DNA of 64,000 nt from Octopus bimaculoides (taxonomy: Eukaryota): the NCBI RefSeq assembly GCF_001194135.2, contig NC_068983.1, forward strand, positions 105,571,610 through 105,635,609, in the 5' to 3' direction. The translations under genes and the position numbers were made by a program. Below are positions 14,462-28,660 of this stretch, piece by piece. How positions within the stretch are numbered: position 1 is the stretch's first letter; every line of letters begins with the position of its first letter. The notes below the pieces were generated by a model. It saw only the letters and a list, made by a program, of their open reading frames with translations, did no database searches and was not told the DNA's origin.

Positions 14462-15881
14462 AGAATTTAAAGAATTGGATGATATATATTTGCTTCAGTA
14501 GCTATAATATTTATGATTAATACCTGCTGTTGTTTATTGAATTTGCAGATGAGGTTTATAGCACAACAAAATAGGTTTATAAGTTTTTTTGTTTTTTGTT
14601 TTTCAATGAAATAATCATTTTATTCATTTGCAAAAATGAATAAACAAATAAAATGTCTTCTCACTTGATAAAAATTGATTTTTCATTTCTTTTAAAAATT
14701 GATTCTTGGAAAAGAAAAATTCCAAAATAACAATAACATAAAATCAAATATGTATTTTGTGTTTGATCAATATTTCAATCAGTTTACTTGAACTGTTCAA
14801 TTCGCACACACAGTTATATTGGACTGGGTGCTTTTCCATAACCAGATTGCCATTCATTTCTCTACCAAGAATGCATTTGCTTTCATTCAAGTGTTACTTT
14901 GTATTTCAATCTTTTCATAACACCACTCATTCTGAGCTCAACTCATATTTTATAACATTTTTTCATATCCAAATACACGTCTAGATTTTAAACTGATGTT
15001 AACAAAATTTAGGTCAACATATTTACATTAAGCATGCTAGTGAATTAGGATTTTCTTATGTCACACTAATAACTTCAAATTTATACTAACCACCATAGTC
15101 TCTAAAGATTGCACAGCTAACACGATAATGCATTAAATAAATATTTTTAATATTCACTCTAACAATCTACTGATAATTTTCATGTTTTAATTGCTTTTTA
15201 TAGTTATAAATTTAAAAAAGACTAAATGCTGTTGTTTTTAAATATATAAGCTGTAATGTAAGTGTATTTGCAGTCATGGAAATAGATATAAAGAAAATTA
15301 TTTTGGTTAAGCATTTAAATTAGTAACATTTCAAAATTTTAAGCAGTCATAATGAAATTTTAATAATACTAGGTAAATGTCTGCATGCAAGCATGTTTAC
15401 ATGTGTTTATTAGAGTAACATAAGGCACATCCATGTATGTGTATTTATATATAATTAACCTACTAAGTAGTTAATTTTGTTGTTTTCATATGCTTTTAAA
15501 TTGTTGACTTTTTTTTTCATATTACAAATAATTTGTAAACATTTTAATGTTTCCATTCAATTGTTTCCATTTCTTTTCTTTTTTTATGTAATTGGTTAAA
15601 ACATTTATGAAGAATCATTTATAATTCATATTTTCTAATTTGTTTAAATTTATAAACTATATTTAAATAAAAGTTACATTTATTTAGACCAAGATATATA
15701 CATACATATATANNNNNNNNNNATATATATATATATATATATATGTAAATGTAAACCTGTTCTTAATTCAATCCTGATTAAAAACTAATTGATGAATGTA
15801 TAAAAATATTTTCTACAATAACATAGATCTAGTAATTAATAATGCAGCTAATGCAGCTATTCCCTTATATATATATATAAA

Positions 15882-15923
<42 letters not shown>

Positions 15924-16507
15924 ACATGCGTGTGCACACTTTTGTGGATAGAAAATGCATTGCAAAAACTGCTTAACATATTTGCCGTTAGAGCAATTCA
16001 TTGACATTTTGTTAAATCTCATTTAAGCATCTTTCTCAGTTGCATCATACACATATCATTAAAAATACCATTTTCTTATTTGAATATAAATTCATGCCTT
16101 AAACTAACTGTTCTAACAGAACATTTCTTAACTAATATTTCTCACTCCTAATTTCATCTAAACACTTTTGAGTCATTCTTGGTTGTTGTAAATTAAAGGT
16201 TAGCAGTCACATTGGCTTTTCAAAAGACTGCTATCAATTATCCACCTTATTACTCTACTGAATAACAAGTTCAGCTTTTTATATAAGGGAAGAAGTACAT
16301 TTTTTTTTCCTCCTGTTTATCAGTGGTTCAATATATCAGAATGGTTGAATTTTGCCTTTAGACTAACTTATGGTTATTTACTTGATAGATAACTGCTGCA
16401 TTAACCTAATTTAGTTGCTCTAACTACTGATAGATTACAATAAATCATTGTGTACTTTAAAGTTTGACCATTAGTTAGTTTATCTTTTAGCATTGGTGCT
16501 TCTCAAC

Positions 16508-16535
16508 ATGGCGAACATCTTCAAAACTTCTATTG
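16508..16535 (+). CDS. AP1G1: Probable upstream coding exon of AP-1 gamma (exon 16491-16535) encoding the N-terminal extension MANIFKTSI-G
   Basis: Acceptor TTTATCTTTTAG at 16490, Kozak-like CAACATGG, donor TTG|GTAAGT. Its phase-1 end joins the GT that precedes the ATG at 21441, giving [17 protein letters not shown] in frame. Confidence 0.72.
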
Positions 16536-18854
16536 GTAAGTGGTTTTAAATAATTTAATTATATATTACTTGTTTAATTAATAAATATATATATATGGGA
16601 ATAATTTACTTTTGGATTTTTAAAAAAATTCTCTGAATGGATATATTTTTTTTATTCCCTAGTTTGAACAGTTGTCAGTAGTCTCTGGTGAATTGATAAG
16701 TGGGTGTTAATTTCATTTGATTGAGTATTTTGTGTTTCGACTTCATAAGGTTCATTGTTAGTGTTCATTAAATCTTCAAAAGAAAATAAACTACAGATAA
16801 CACTATTACATTTGAATTTGCATTAGGATTTTCTTTTTAAATTTAGTCAATGGTATTGATGATGGCATTAAATCAAAGCTATTGAGTGGCTTCAGACAAT
16901 CAAATCTCTTAATAAGATAAATGATTTATTTCAGTGAATACTAGTAGGTGGGTTTTTTTTTCTTTTCTTTTCTGATCTGGTGAATATTTTTTTTTTCGGT
17001 GGATTGAATAACATATTTTTTCAATGGCTAACATTGTTAGAGTAAAATTCCTTCTACACTTCTAAATCAAAACTACATGTAATCATTTAATACTTCAAGT
17101 AGATCTGTATGAAGATTTTTTTTTTTTCAAGTATATCTCTTATTCATTATAAACAAAATCTGTTCAGCTTCATACAGCAAAATAGATTTCATGATTTTTT
17201 TTTTTTTTTCTGCCATATTAACTTTGAGTGAGAACATAGTTTCTCTTTTCCTTTTTTTTTTTTTTTCTTTAATACTCTGTTGTAATATTATTATAAAGCT
17301 AATTTGTTCATCTCCCATTCTTTTCTGCCCTCATTCATGTAAGATTCTACAGAATTTCAATTTCTCAGTGAGTATGAATGGTTACACTTGTTGAAAAGAG
17401 AGAGAGAGAGATTTCTTTTTAGTTGCCTTTCTATTCGATCTAATTTGTAACATGAGGAAAGCTGTCTTAAAATTAGAAGTAATTAACTGAAGGAAATGGA
17501 ATGACTTTCTTAAGCAATTTTAGCTAATAATAGCTGATGTGTTGCTTCTATAATAAATTTAGCTTACAGATTTTATTTGTTTTATGTACTGAGCATAATT
17601 TATGGGATTTTGAGTTAAGCATATAAGGGTCTTAATGCCTTTACTTCATAAACAGCATCTATGAAAACCAGAACAAAATCAATAAGATCTATAAAAAAAA
17701 CTGCACACTTCAACTGTTATTTTTATTTTGAAAAGGGTTTGATGTTATACTTGCAAGGGACCACTTATGTTGGCCTAAATATAATCCCAGAAATGTAAAA
17801 ACAGCTGAACCAACACCTCAAAATCCAGCAATTTATGATGTTTTTCAAATTTTTGATCACCCCCAGTATTGATTCTACATTTTTCTTGGTGATTTCACTA
17901 AGTTTTGGAAGAAAATAGTACGTGTTTTAATGATCCTTCCTGAACTGACCTTTACAGCTTTATTTTATTGCTGTGCTTTCTATGCTTGATATCTGCCATC
18001 ATATATTTTTATTTTTTATTTTTATGGGCTTTTTTATTTCAACTTTATTTTACTATTCACCTATTTCCCTCACTCTTGAGCAGTTTCAAGGCTTTTTACT
18101 GTCTGCCAGAGAATACTTACTGTATTTTCGTTTTTTGATTTATCTTGTATTCTAAAAGTCTTCTTTTTTTTCTATTTCAATTTTCTTCCTTTATTGTCTG
18201 CTGGAAAATGTGTTATTTAAATGGAACTTATTTTAAAATCAAAATGATAGAAGTTGACTTCTACCATTGGTTAATGGAAATGAAAACAATAGACGTTCAA
18301 AAGAAATTGAATTTATTTCCCTTGTCAACTGCTGAATTTTTATTTATTTTTAATCTTAAAGGTCTTTTATCATAATCACTTTCTTCATAATATTAAAATG
18401 GTGAATAAGACTTTTTTTAGATAGAAATAGGGATAAAATTAATTGAATTTTCTTTGGTTGTGTGGGTTGGATGGGTCTACAGTGCTGTTTTCACTGTTTT
18501 GATTTTGTATTATGTGAGGCTTATCTTCAGATTTTTCTTATGTCATACTTTGTATACCTCTCAACCATTGCTACCTTCTCCCTTCAATACACAACACTTT
18601 CATCTTGTATATAACATGCATTCAATGCAGTACTCTTGTGCCGTTGGCGAATACTTACATGTTAAGCTATCTTCCCAATTCATATACACTCATAAATATT
18701 GCACATTCGCCTGATTCAGCACTCATTGCTCATAATTTCACTTACATCAAATCTCTTATACTTACCACGTATATCTACTTTTTATACAGCCAGAAAAACC
18801 CTTTGTTGCCAATAGTGATTTTTCAGTTCCTTGAAGTGCAATGGCTATAAAACA

Positions 18855-20720
18855 GTTTCCCATTTCTTCAGACAGTTCTTTGCTTTTTTACTGTACTGTG
18901 CAAAGTCTTTTGTACTGCAAGACTTGGGTAGTAGTAGTATGGATTGCTTCTCTACATTCATAGGATGAGTTGGTCTTGTTCCCCATATGACTGAAGCAGC
19001 TTTTGATCATCCTATTCTTGTTGTCAGGCAATGTTGAGTGTTTTCCACTGACTGCATGGTAATTCTGAGTCAGGAGGGAGGTCTGCAGCAGGAGAGGATT
19101 CCCATGCCAATTGGAGGAAAGTCATTCTCCAGCTTTTCCATCCAGAATTGAAGCATGGTTTTGTCCTCGGATGTTAAGGACTGGACATGACTGAGGAAGT
19201 TTTTCCTTGACTTCAGTTATTAGTCAGGGATTGACATCCATGGATGAAGTGGCATTCATTACCAGTAGCCTTTGTCATTTCAACTTGCCTGGCTACTTCC
19301 CATCTGATATCAGTAGGAGTAATGCTTGCAAGGAGGTGCAGGTTGTTTCTGTTGGTGGATTTCATGCAGCTGTGATCAGGCAGCAGGTGTTGTTCAGTAC
19401 TGTAAGTTTCTGGGTATGGGTTAATCTCTCCCAGGCAGGATATGTATACTTCGCAGAAGAATAGCACAAGGTCAAATCGGTGGATTATAATGTGTGTGTT
19501 GTAGCTCCCCATTTGTAGTTGACTAGTTTCTGTAGGATATTGAACCGACTTTCATTTTGGTGTTTTTGATATGCTGGAAAGAGATAGTGCATGCCAAGGT
19601 AACTCCAACATAGACAGGGTAGGTACAGTGATGTTCCAGACCATTTGATGTTAAGAGGTACTTCACAATTCTTGAGATGGAATGAGCAGACTCAAGTTTA
19701 CCTTTTAATGGTTGGCATGTAGGTGGTTACATTCATGAGAGAGGAGTAGTTCACCTAGAACTGAGATGAGGTTTGTTTCTACTGCTTCAAATGTACTCTC
19801 TGATTCATTGGCTTGTCATTAGTGTAGAAGTTACATAGTAGTAGGGCTAGCACATTACTTTGGAGTAAGTCTTTCCATTGTCATTGCCATCCACAAAGAA
19901 ACACCAATCTTCCAGGTGAGCTCCTATGCAGTCAGTATCTGCCAGATCTTTTATTAACTCCAAGATCTTTTTCAGGAGGTGGCAATGCTTCAAAGTATCA
20001 TATGTGGAAAACAGATCAACAAAATCTGCTCCTATTATCCTCAGTCTGCTGAGTGAGATTCAGAAGTTGGCTTGTTGTAGATTTGCCAGGCTGGAATCCA
20101 GCATGTTGAGGAATGATGGCTGGTTCAACAACAGGGGCAAACATGTTAATGATCAGATGCTCAAGCAGCTTTTGTTTGGGGCATAGCAGAGAAATCGAAT
20201 GAAAGTTCTTTGCATATGCTGGATCTTGGCCCAATTTGAGAAAATCCTGATTTTCCTCCAGTTCTTTGAGATGTATTTTTGTCAGCATGCATGTGTTCAT
20301 TAGCTCAAAGATCTACTTCCATGTCAGAGGTCCAAAAGTGTTTGATCCCGTCTATGAAAATGTTATCCAGTCCAAAGGCTTTATCAGTATTATAGGTGTT
20401 GATGCTGATATTAATCTCTTTGGGAGGCGATGGCTAAGTCAGTCCATAAGTTTGATAGAGCTATTGGTATTGCTTATAGCTTGGTACTTTAAGTATCTGG
20501 GCCCAAAATGTATTGAGTGTGACTGTCTCTTTATATTCTTGTAGGCTACTTGGTGCTCAAACTTTGTAAAATTGTCATAATTCTTGATGTCTGCTGGGTG
20601 ACATGATCTTCCTTTCTAGATCTTCTTGGAAGCCAGATCAGTTTGCTTTCCCAAAGTTGAATCTTCTTTTGGAATGTAATTGTGATGTTTATATCCTAGT
20701 TACCATACTTTCAATAATAA
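18855..20720 (-). mobile_element. Degenerate LINE, probably Vingi/Ingi-like (I group)
   Basis: Minus-strand motifs RRFNFGKANW, HAGFQPGKSTTSQLLNLTQ, QSNVLALLLCNFYTNDKP (decayed QGSVLAP-L-NIYTNDQP) and LHLLASITPTDIRWEVA. Many stops and frameshifts. The clade assignment is from memory. Confidence 0.8.
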
Positions 20721-21440
20721 TTATATCATCATTGAGCAGAATTTTAGTATAATCAGCTAGCTATCTCTGTAGAACATAGCTTTTATTTCATGACTATCCT
20801 GTCAGTAGTACATAGCATTTATTTCATGACTACAAAATTCTGGTTTCCTGTAAGTTTGCCAGAAATCTTTATCATTTGTGTAGTCTTTGCATTGTATTCA
20901 TAATGTTGAGTTTTTATCCACTCTTATCTTACATATTATTAGTGATCTGACCCCATATAGTATAAAAGTATTGGATCATTGGTTTTTTTACTTTGTTCTC
21001 TAAACTAATTTGATATCTGAGTTGTGTCCAATGTTAACTACTTTATTTGATATTATTTTGGCCACTAAAATAAATCAAATTTATCCTTAGTAAATTTCTG
21101 CTTTTTTATATTCTGTACATGATTCTTGATTATAATTACTTTGATTCCAGGCTTTGATTCAGATTGGATCCTGATCATGGTTTAATTTGTATCTTATTAA
21201 TGTTGATATTCACAAAAAAATTTTTTTCTGCATTTAAAGAATTATAATGTTATTATTTTACAATGCATTGTTGTTTTTTATATGTTTTTCTAAATTAAAT
21301 ACTATGAGGTTAAATAACTTCCTCAAATGTTGTTTAAAATAAAAACACAAAAAGGAGTTATATGTTGAGCTTTAATATTTTTTTAATGTAATTATTAACA
21401 AACCTTTTGAGTAAGAATTCTTTGTAATTTTTTGATAGGT

Positions 21441-21641
21441 ATGCCAACCCCGAAGAGATTACGGGACCTGATAAGGGAGATCCGATCAGCCCGTACTGCT
21501 GCTGATGAACGGGCTGTAGTGAACAAAGAATGTGCCCAAATTAGGGACTCATTTAGAGATGAAGATAACACTTATCGTTGCAGAAATGTGGCTAAATTAT
21601 TATATATACACATGCTTGGCTATCCAGCTCATTTTGGTCAG
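21441..21641 (+). CDS. AP1G1: AP-1 complex subunit gamma-1, exon with the canonical start ([15 protein letters not shown]...YPAHFGQ, 67 aa)
   Basis: Translation is the gamma-adaptin N-terminus. Acceptor AG at 21437-21438, donor CAG|GTAAGT at 21642, phase 0. Confidence 0.97.
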
Positions 21642-22079
21642 GTAAGTAAAGTTGGTTAAGTTGATTTTAATTCTGTATAGTGCTTGAAAGAGAATTGCTT
21701 CTCTAACCCTAAGTGATAGAGAGGAGTACTAAAAGTTACTTAGTTTGTTTTCACTATTTCTGGTGCTTTTGGTACAAAGTATCACATCAAGAGCACTATC
21801 ATGAACACTACTACAACCCCAAGACTATCACAAAATATGTGCAGTTCGTTCTTAAAAAAACAATAATGAAAAAATTTTAACATGTGTTTTTCTTTTACAC
21901 ATGACTTAAAGTTCCAAGGGCTGCACCCATAAACTTTTTAAGTGTCTCTAAAACTAGTGGGAAGCAATTGGCAATTTCTCCTCAAACTGGATCCCGTGTG
22001 CAACTGAATATATGCAATAGGGTGTGTGCAAGATGGTGGTGAGTTTAGTCTACTGTTTAAAAACTAGAACAGTCCTTCC

Positions 22080-22210
22080 AATGGGCTTCTCATGTAGCCT
22101 CAGATTGATCTAAAACTATGGTGGAAAACACTTGTCTGAGGTGCCATGCAGTGGGATTGAGCTTTAGACCACATAGTTTTGAAATGAGCTTCTTCATCAC
22201 ACAGCTCTGT
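22080..22210 (-). mobile_element. Partial SINE (6699 family)
   Basis: AACACTTGTCTGAGGTGCCATGCAGTGGGATTGAGC is the reverse complement of the family head. Confidence 0.65.
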
Positions 22211-22775
22211 CGGTTTCTGATGGCTGTATCTTTATACTTTTTTTTTTTTAATCGTTATGCAGTACATACATTTTTGTCTGCCATGATTAATACAGTGTTT
22301 CTGATTAATCCATACTGTAATAATAATATGAAGAACAGCAAATTTTTTGGTAAAGTTTTGATAACCCACATTGTACATTAAACCTTTAGCTAATCTATGA
22401 CATGGAGCTAGCCAATGAAATATTTAGGAGAAATATATATCTTGCTTGCTAACTACAAAGATGTATCTGCTAGCAGACTATTTAGCTTAATAGCTTCCTC
22501 ATTGTCAACTCTAATATTACCCAGAATAATTCTCCAAAATTACTTAGAATAATTTTGGCTGCTTTCTATTTAAAGATAAATATTATGACAGCTGACAGTT
22601 GTGAATATTATTAAGAAAATGTTGTAGAGTAAATGAGTGCTTCCAGTAAAATGAACCCTCGATCCAGTTTTAACTTTTATTTGTAACTTGCTACATAATT
22701 CTTAGACATTACATAATCTCATTTCTTGCACAAAAAGAAAAAAAGCGATCAGATGTTTATTTCAGAACAAAATAA

Positions 22776-22997
<222 letters not shown>

Positions 22998-25139
22998 TGA
23001 CATCTTGCTTTTCTTAGTATATTTCATAGAAACAGTTTAGATTTGCCTGAAACTTGTGAATAACATGGTGAGATAATGTCATCTGATCTTACTAACTGTT
23101 TTTACATTGTGGTATCAAAGAAATTACATCTAAAGTAATTAATTTTTCTCTTGTTCTCCTTTAACATTTGCAGTTTTATTAAATCATAATTGCAGTTAAG
23201 GAAAACATTCCTTATAATGATATATTATTGTTTTAACAGTTGACAAAAGTATCTGATGTTATGGAGAGTTATTGAGAGTAAGTCATAATACTGTATATAG
23301 CAGATTAAATCTAAGAATTACCTGCCTTTTATACAATATTCATTGTAGAGATGCATATAAGATACCTATTTTGAATGTTAATTCATTTCCAAAGACTGCT
23401 CTTCTGTTTTTATTTTCCTTTTAGCTTGGTCGCATTAAGCACTATTTATATGTAACTGTGGGGTTATATGATTATTTATCTTCATGTTAAGTTTGTTTTG
23501 GATGTGAGTTGCAGCATTGACTAATCTTTTGAATAATGAATAGATAATGTCTTTTTGTTTAATACAAGGTGTCCTGATTTTGAATTTTTATATTATATAC
23601 TAATTTTATGTTGTCAGTGGAATTACTGCTCTGATTATTTTGTTTAAATGCCTTTACTTTATGAGATCATTTGACTTTTGAAGTAAATTATGTGTAGTAT
23701 CTGTTTTGGGTGATTGCATTTAATACACTATAGTTTTTACCATCCTGAATATGTACTCAATGACTAGATTTTATTTAGTTTGTAGGATTTAATAGGTTTA
23801 CATCAATGCTGTAACATATCTGGACATATCTCCTGTGGTATCTGGAATGATTAAAACATTACCCATTGACCTAATGTTGCCAATTCCTCAGCGCATAAGT
23901 ATTTCTATTTAAATTTTCAATGCTCACTACATTAAACAATATGTCAACACTAACTTATCTGCTGAAATGCTTTTTTGTTTTCAATTTATTTCTCTCTACT
24001 GCAACAATGACATTTGCAACTTCCTTGTCAATTACAAAATATTTCTCATTGAGAATAGTGGGTAAGGTCAATGGTATCAACATTGATTCTGCTTTACTAC
24101 CTCTTAGTCTTTAACCAAATACTTCTATTTACTGTATGTTTCCCTGTGATGAATCTGTCATTTGACATATTCTGACATATGTTCAGAACTATTTTATCCA
24201 CCATATTCATCATTCTTAAGACAATAGGGTGAACTTTGAAGGTGATTTGCTGCAATTTGAGCAGCCTGAGTAACTGCATGAAAACTCTTTCATTACATAT
24301 CTAAATTGTCCCACTGTACTCCATGTGACTTGTATCAGTGCTTGTTGGCATGTACAGCATGGTCCTCAGTTAGACTGAGTCACACTTAGTCATTCAGCCA
24401 AATAATTATGCGCCATAGTTGTCTTTGGTGAGAGCTAACCTGGAGCTATTCAACTAACACTCTAAGCAGAACTCAAGAAGATAAAAAGAAACACCACATT
24501 TGTTGCTTATTTTAATTTGTAATTCACCCTCAGTTTATCATCAGATTTGTTTTGATGTGTAAGTAATTAGGTCTAAATGTTGATTTACAGAAATCATTTA
24601 TTTTCATTATCTCTATGAAAATTCACGAACTAGGCATGAATTTCAAAAGCTGCATTGGTTACCTGCCTTGGGAGGGGGGGGGGCAGTAATCTTGAATAAG
24701 AAACTACCAATTAAGTCGAGGAGTAAAATAACCTTATGTAAATATAATCTCCCTAGTGCCAATGGTGCAATAAAATACACCCAGTACATTCATGTAAAGT
24801 GGTTCATGACATGAAGAGCAGCCATCCATAGAAAATATAACAAAAATTAAACATACAAATGAGATGTAGACTCTATGAGCTGCATCGCAGGTTACCCATA
24901 TAAGAGGGCATTAATTCTAAACAAGAACTGATCCAGGATAAAACAGACTCTTTAGACTTCATTGCATGGGGAACCTCTCTGGTGTTAGTGGTATGGTAAA
25001 ATACATAGTTTTCACTGTAAGAAAGACTACACAAAACTAAAGTTGTCCGTTTTTTTTTTTTTGTATTCAATCCATACCAGCATGGAAAGATAAAATGATG
25101 ATGGTATGATAAGTTACTGCACTGTTTGCATCTTCTAAA

Positions 25140-25266
25140 TTCCTCTCACAAGCCATTGGTCTACTCAGACTGTTGTAGACAACACTTATCAAAGGTGCCA
25201 TGCAGTGGAATTGAATCTGGAACTATGTAGTTGCAGAGCAAACTTCTTAACCACTTAGCCATGCTG
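25140..25266 (-). mobile_element. Partial SINE (6699 family)
   Basis: Reverse complement reads GCATGGCTAAGTGGTTAAGAAG...GATTCAATTCCACTGCATGGCACC. Confidence 0.7.
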
Positions 25267-25636
25267 TACTTCTTGTATATCCTGTGGTCTGCACAAAAGT
25301 CACCTTTTTGAACAAATTTCATGTGCAAATAGTTCAACAAATAACATATACCTAACAGGTCATTGGTATTATTTGCAGGAACCATATGTTGAAGTATTCA
25401 CTACATTTTCATATTTATGATTTATTAAGTTTGACTTCCAAGTTTTGTGCTGTATACATAGGCTGTTGATTGTGATATAAAAAGCCATCATTGTGTATGT
25501 CTCATAAAGAAAGTTAGAAGGGAAGCCATAAAACTGTTTATCTCTGACTTTGATGCCTCAACTTGTATAGGTACCTATTAAAATGTTTATCATTTAGGTT
25601 TTCTTTGTTCTCAATCTGTAATGCTTTTCTTTCCAG

Positions 25637-25778
25637 TGATCTTACCCATCAGAATCAATATATACAAAGCTTGGCATTGTGTACTTTAGGCTCTGTATGC
25701 TCAACAGAAATGAGCCGAGATTTAGCAGGAGAGGTAGAAAAATTATTAAAGTCTTCAAATGCTTACATAAAGAAAAAG
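25637..25778 (+). CDS. AP1G1: AP-1 gamma exon ([47 protein letters not shown])
   Basis: Acceptor TTTCCAG at 25636, donor AAG|GTAAAT at 25779, 142 nt, phase 2 to 0. Confidence 0.97.
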
Positions 25779-26249
25779 GTAAATAAAATCTTTATTAAAA
25801 AATCTTTTAAATTAGGAAGATAAACTTTTTATGTGCTCCTATAGTTGTTTTTATATTCTGTGTCTGTTGGAGTAACTTGGCAACAAAAGAAAGTTCAGCC
25901 TATTATTCCATGCTTGAAAATAACTAATTTTGTCTTGGATTTCATACATATTTGTGTATTATTCATCAGTGAGATTGACTCCTAAACTTTAATGATAGTA
26001 AAAATAAAAATCACTGTTAAATAATGGCAAAATTGACTGTCTATATGTCTGTAAATTGGCTTGTCCTCATCTTGCAAATCATCCTTCTTTTCAAAACACT
26101 TCAGTTACATAAGATTTAATCAGCCACATTCACAGTTAACCCAGTTATTGATTCTGACTGTTCCTGCCATTTCCTGTATAGATGATCCTTAATCATATGT
26201 GGGAAATTTACAAAACTAGCTTTGTGTTTAATCAAATAAATATAATACT

Positions 26250-28660
26250 CATTATCATCATCATCATTTAACGTCCACTTTACATGCTAGCATGGGTTGG
26301 ATGATTTGACTGGGGACTGGCAAACCAGATGGCTACACCAGACTCCAATCTTATCTGGCAGAGTTTCTACAGCTGGATGCCCTTCCTAACGCCAACCAAT
26401 CTGAGAGTGTAGTGGGTGCTTTTTACGTACCACCAGCACAAGGGCCAGTCTGGCGGTACTGGCAACGGCCACGCTCAAATGGTGTTTTTTTATGTGCCAC
26501 CTGCACAGGAGTCAGTCCAATGTTTTGTTCACATGTCACTGGCACGAGTGCCAGTAAAGCGAAGCTGGAAACGATCGCGCTCAAATGGTGCTTTTTACGT
26601 GTCACTGGCACGGAAGCGAGACTGCTGCTCTGGCAGTGATACTGCTCGGATGGTGCTGTTAGCACTCCGCTGGCACGGGTGCCAGTCATCGAATTTGGTT
26701 CAGTTTCGATCTCACTTACCCCAACAGGTCTTCGCAAGCAGAGTTTAGTGTCCAATGAAGGAAGGTCGGCATGGGTGCCAGTCAACAAATTTGGTTCAAT
26801 TTTCGATTTTGATTTCACTTGCCTCAACAGGTCTTTGCAAGCAAGGTTTTGTGTCCAAAGAAGGAAAGGTACGCATAAGTGGGCTGGCTACACCCCTGCT
26901 AAAGGCCACGGGTTATGGTCTCACTTGTCTTACCGGGTCTTCTCACACACAGCATATTTCCAAAGGTCTCAGTCTAAGTCATTGCCTCGGTGAGGCTTAA
27001 TGTTTGAAAGTTGTGCTTCACCACTTTATCCCAGGTCTTCCTGGGTCTACCTCTTCCACAGGTACCCTCAACTGCAAGGCTGTGGCACTTTTTCACATAG
27101 CTATCCTCATCCATTCAGCGCAATCGTCTCTCTTGCACACCACTTCTGATGCTTCTTAGGTCCAACTTTTCTCTCAAGGTACTTATACTCTGTCGAGTAT
27201 GCACACTGACATTACATTTACATCAGAGCATACTGGCTTCGTTCCTTGTGAGCTTACGCATGTCCTCAGCCCATGTTTCACTGCCATGTAGCATAGCTGT
27301 TCGTTCACATGCATCATACTGTCCACCTTTTACTGTGAGCGAGAGGCCCTTTGTCACCAGCAGAGGTAAGAGCTCTCTGAACTTTGCCCAGGCTATTCTT
27401 ATTCTAGCAGCTACACTTTCAGCGCACCCTCCCCCGCTACTGACTTGGTCAACTAGGTAACGGAAGCTATCAACTAATTCTAGTTTTTCTTCCTGGAATG
27501 TGGCAGAAGTTGTTTTCTGCACATTTACAGTGTTTATAGCTCCTGAACATCTGCTACATACAAAAACTATCTTGCTAGTTAGCCTTCCTTTGATATTGCT
27601 GCACCTCTTATGTGTCCATAGCTTACACTGGGTACATCTTATAGAGTTTCTACCTACACCTTTTCTACAGATCGAGCAGGGCCATCTACCTGAAGGGGTT
27701 TGTGGTTTGTCTACCTTTCTACTTATTAGGACTTTGGTTTTAGCTAGGTTGACTCTAAGGCCCTTCGATTCTAATCCTTGCTTCCACACCTGAAACTTTT
27801 CCTCTAGTTCTGATAGTGACTCAGCAATTAGAGCAAGGTCATCAGCATAGAGGAGCTCCCAGGGGCAACCTGTCTTGAATTCCTGTGTTATTGCTTGGAG
27901 GACTATGATAAATAGGAAGGGGCTGAGGACTGAACCTTGGTGGACCCCTACCTCTACCCGAAACGAGGCTGCAAAGAGAGAGGTTTGGAGACGCTACTAT
28001 GAAAGGTTGCTTAATAAAGAGAATGAGTGGGAGAAAGAGAGTCTACTGAATGTCGACCCAACAGAGGGACCAGCTATCCTAATTGACAGTACCTTGATAG
28101 ATAAAGTGATCAAGAGCATGAAGACAGGGAAAGCGCCTGGCCCACCAGGAATCACTGCAGAGATGCTGAAAATATCTGGCAGTGTTGGCTATAGCCTAGT
28201 CACCCGTATAGTTAACTAGATGATACATGAAGGAGTCATACCCAATGACTGGTGTAGCAGCACCATAGTCAACTACTACAAAGGTAATGGTGACGCTTTA
28301 GACACAAACAATTACAGAGGTATCAAGTTGTTGGACCAGGTAATGAAGGTCACGGAGAGGGTCATAGCCCAACTAATTAGGGAGTGAATCAATTTAGATG
28401 AGATGCAGTTTGGGTTTGTCCCAGGGAAAAGTACCACCGATGCTATATTTCTGGTAAGACAGCTGCAGGAGAAATACCTAGCCAAAGATAAACCTCTGTA
28501 CCTGGCTTTCATTGACATGGAGAAAGCCTTTGACAGGGTCCCCCGATCCCTTATCTGGTGGTCAATGAGGAAACTAGGGATAGATGAATGGTTAGTGAGA
28601 GCTGTGCGAGCCATGTATAGGGACTGTCAGTAAGGTGAGGGTTGGCAACGAGTTCAGTGA
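26250..28660 (-). mobile_element. 5'-truncated RTE-clade LINE with (GAT)n tail, 5' inversion and 8-bp TSD
   Basis: Minus strand 27960 to 26250 encodes FRVEVGVHQGSVLSP...LLYADDL...PHD...SETW, then the 3'UTR and (GAT)n tail. Plus strand 27961-28660 encodes the upstream RT part. TSD ATAATACT at 26242-26249 and 28661-28668. Confidence 0.93.

Noticed and set aside
21439-21444. The start-codon exon begins with GTATGC, resembling a recursive 5' splice site
   Set aside because: The GT is explained by the Gly codon before the ATG, and nothing else supports recursive use.
26412-27000. Overlapping GC-rich ORFs on both strands, and spaced repeats that superficially resemble a CRISPR array
   Set aside because: They are the tandem units and 3'UTR of the RTE element. 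The units are contiguous and degenerate with no unique spacers, and the context is eukaryotic.
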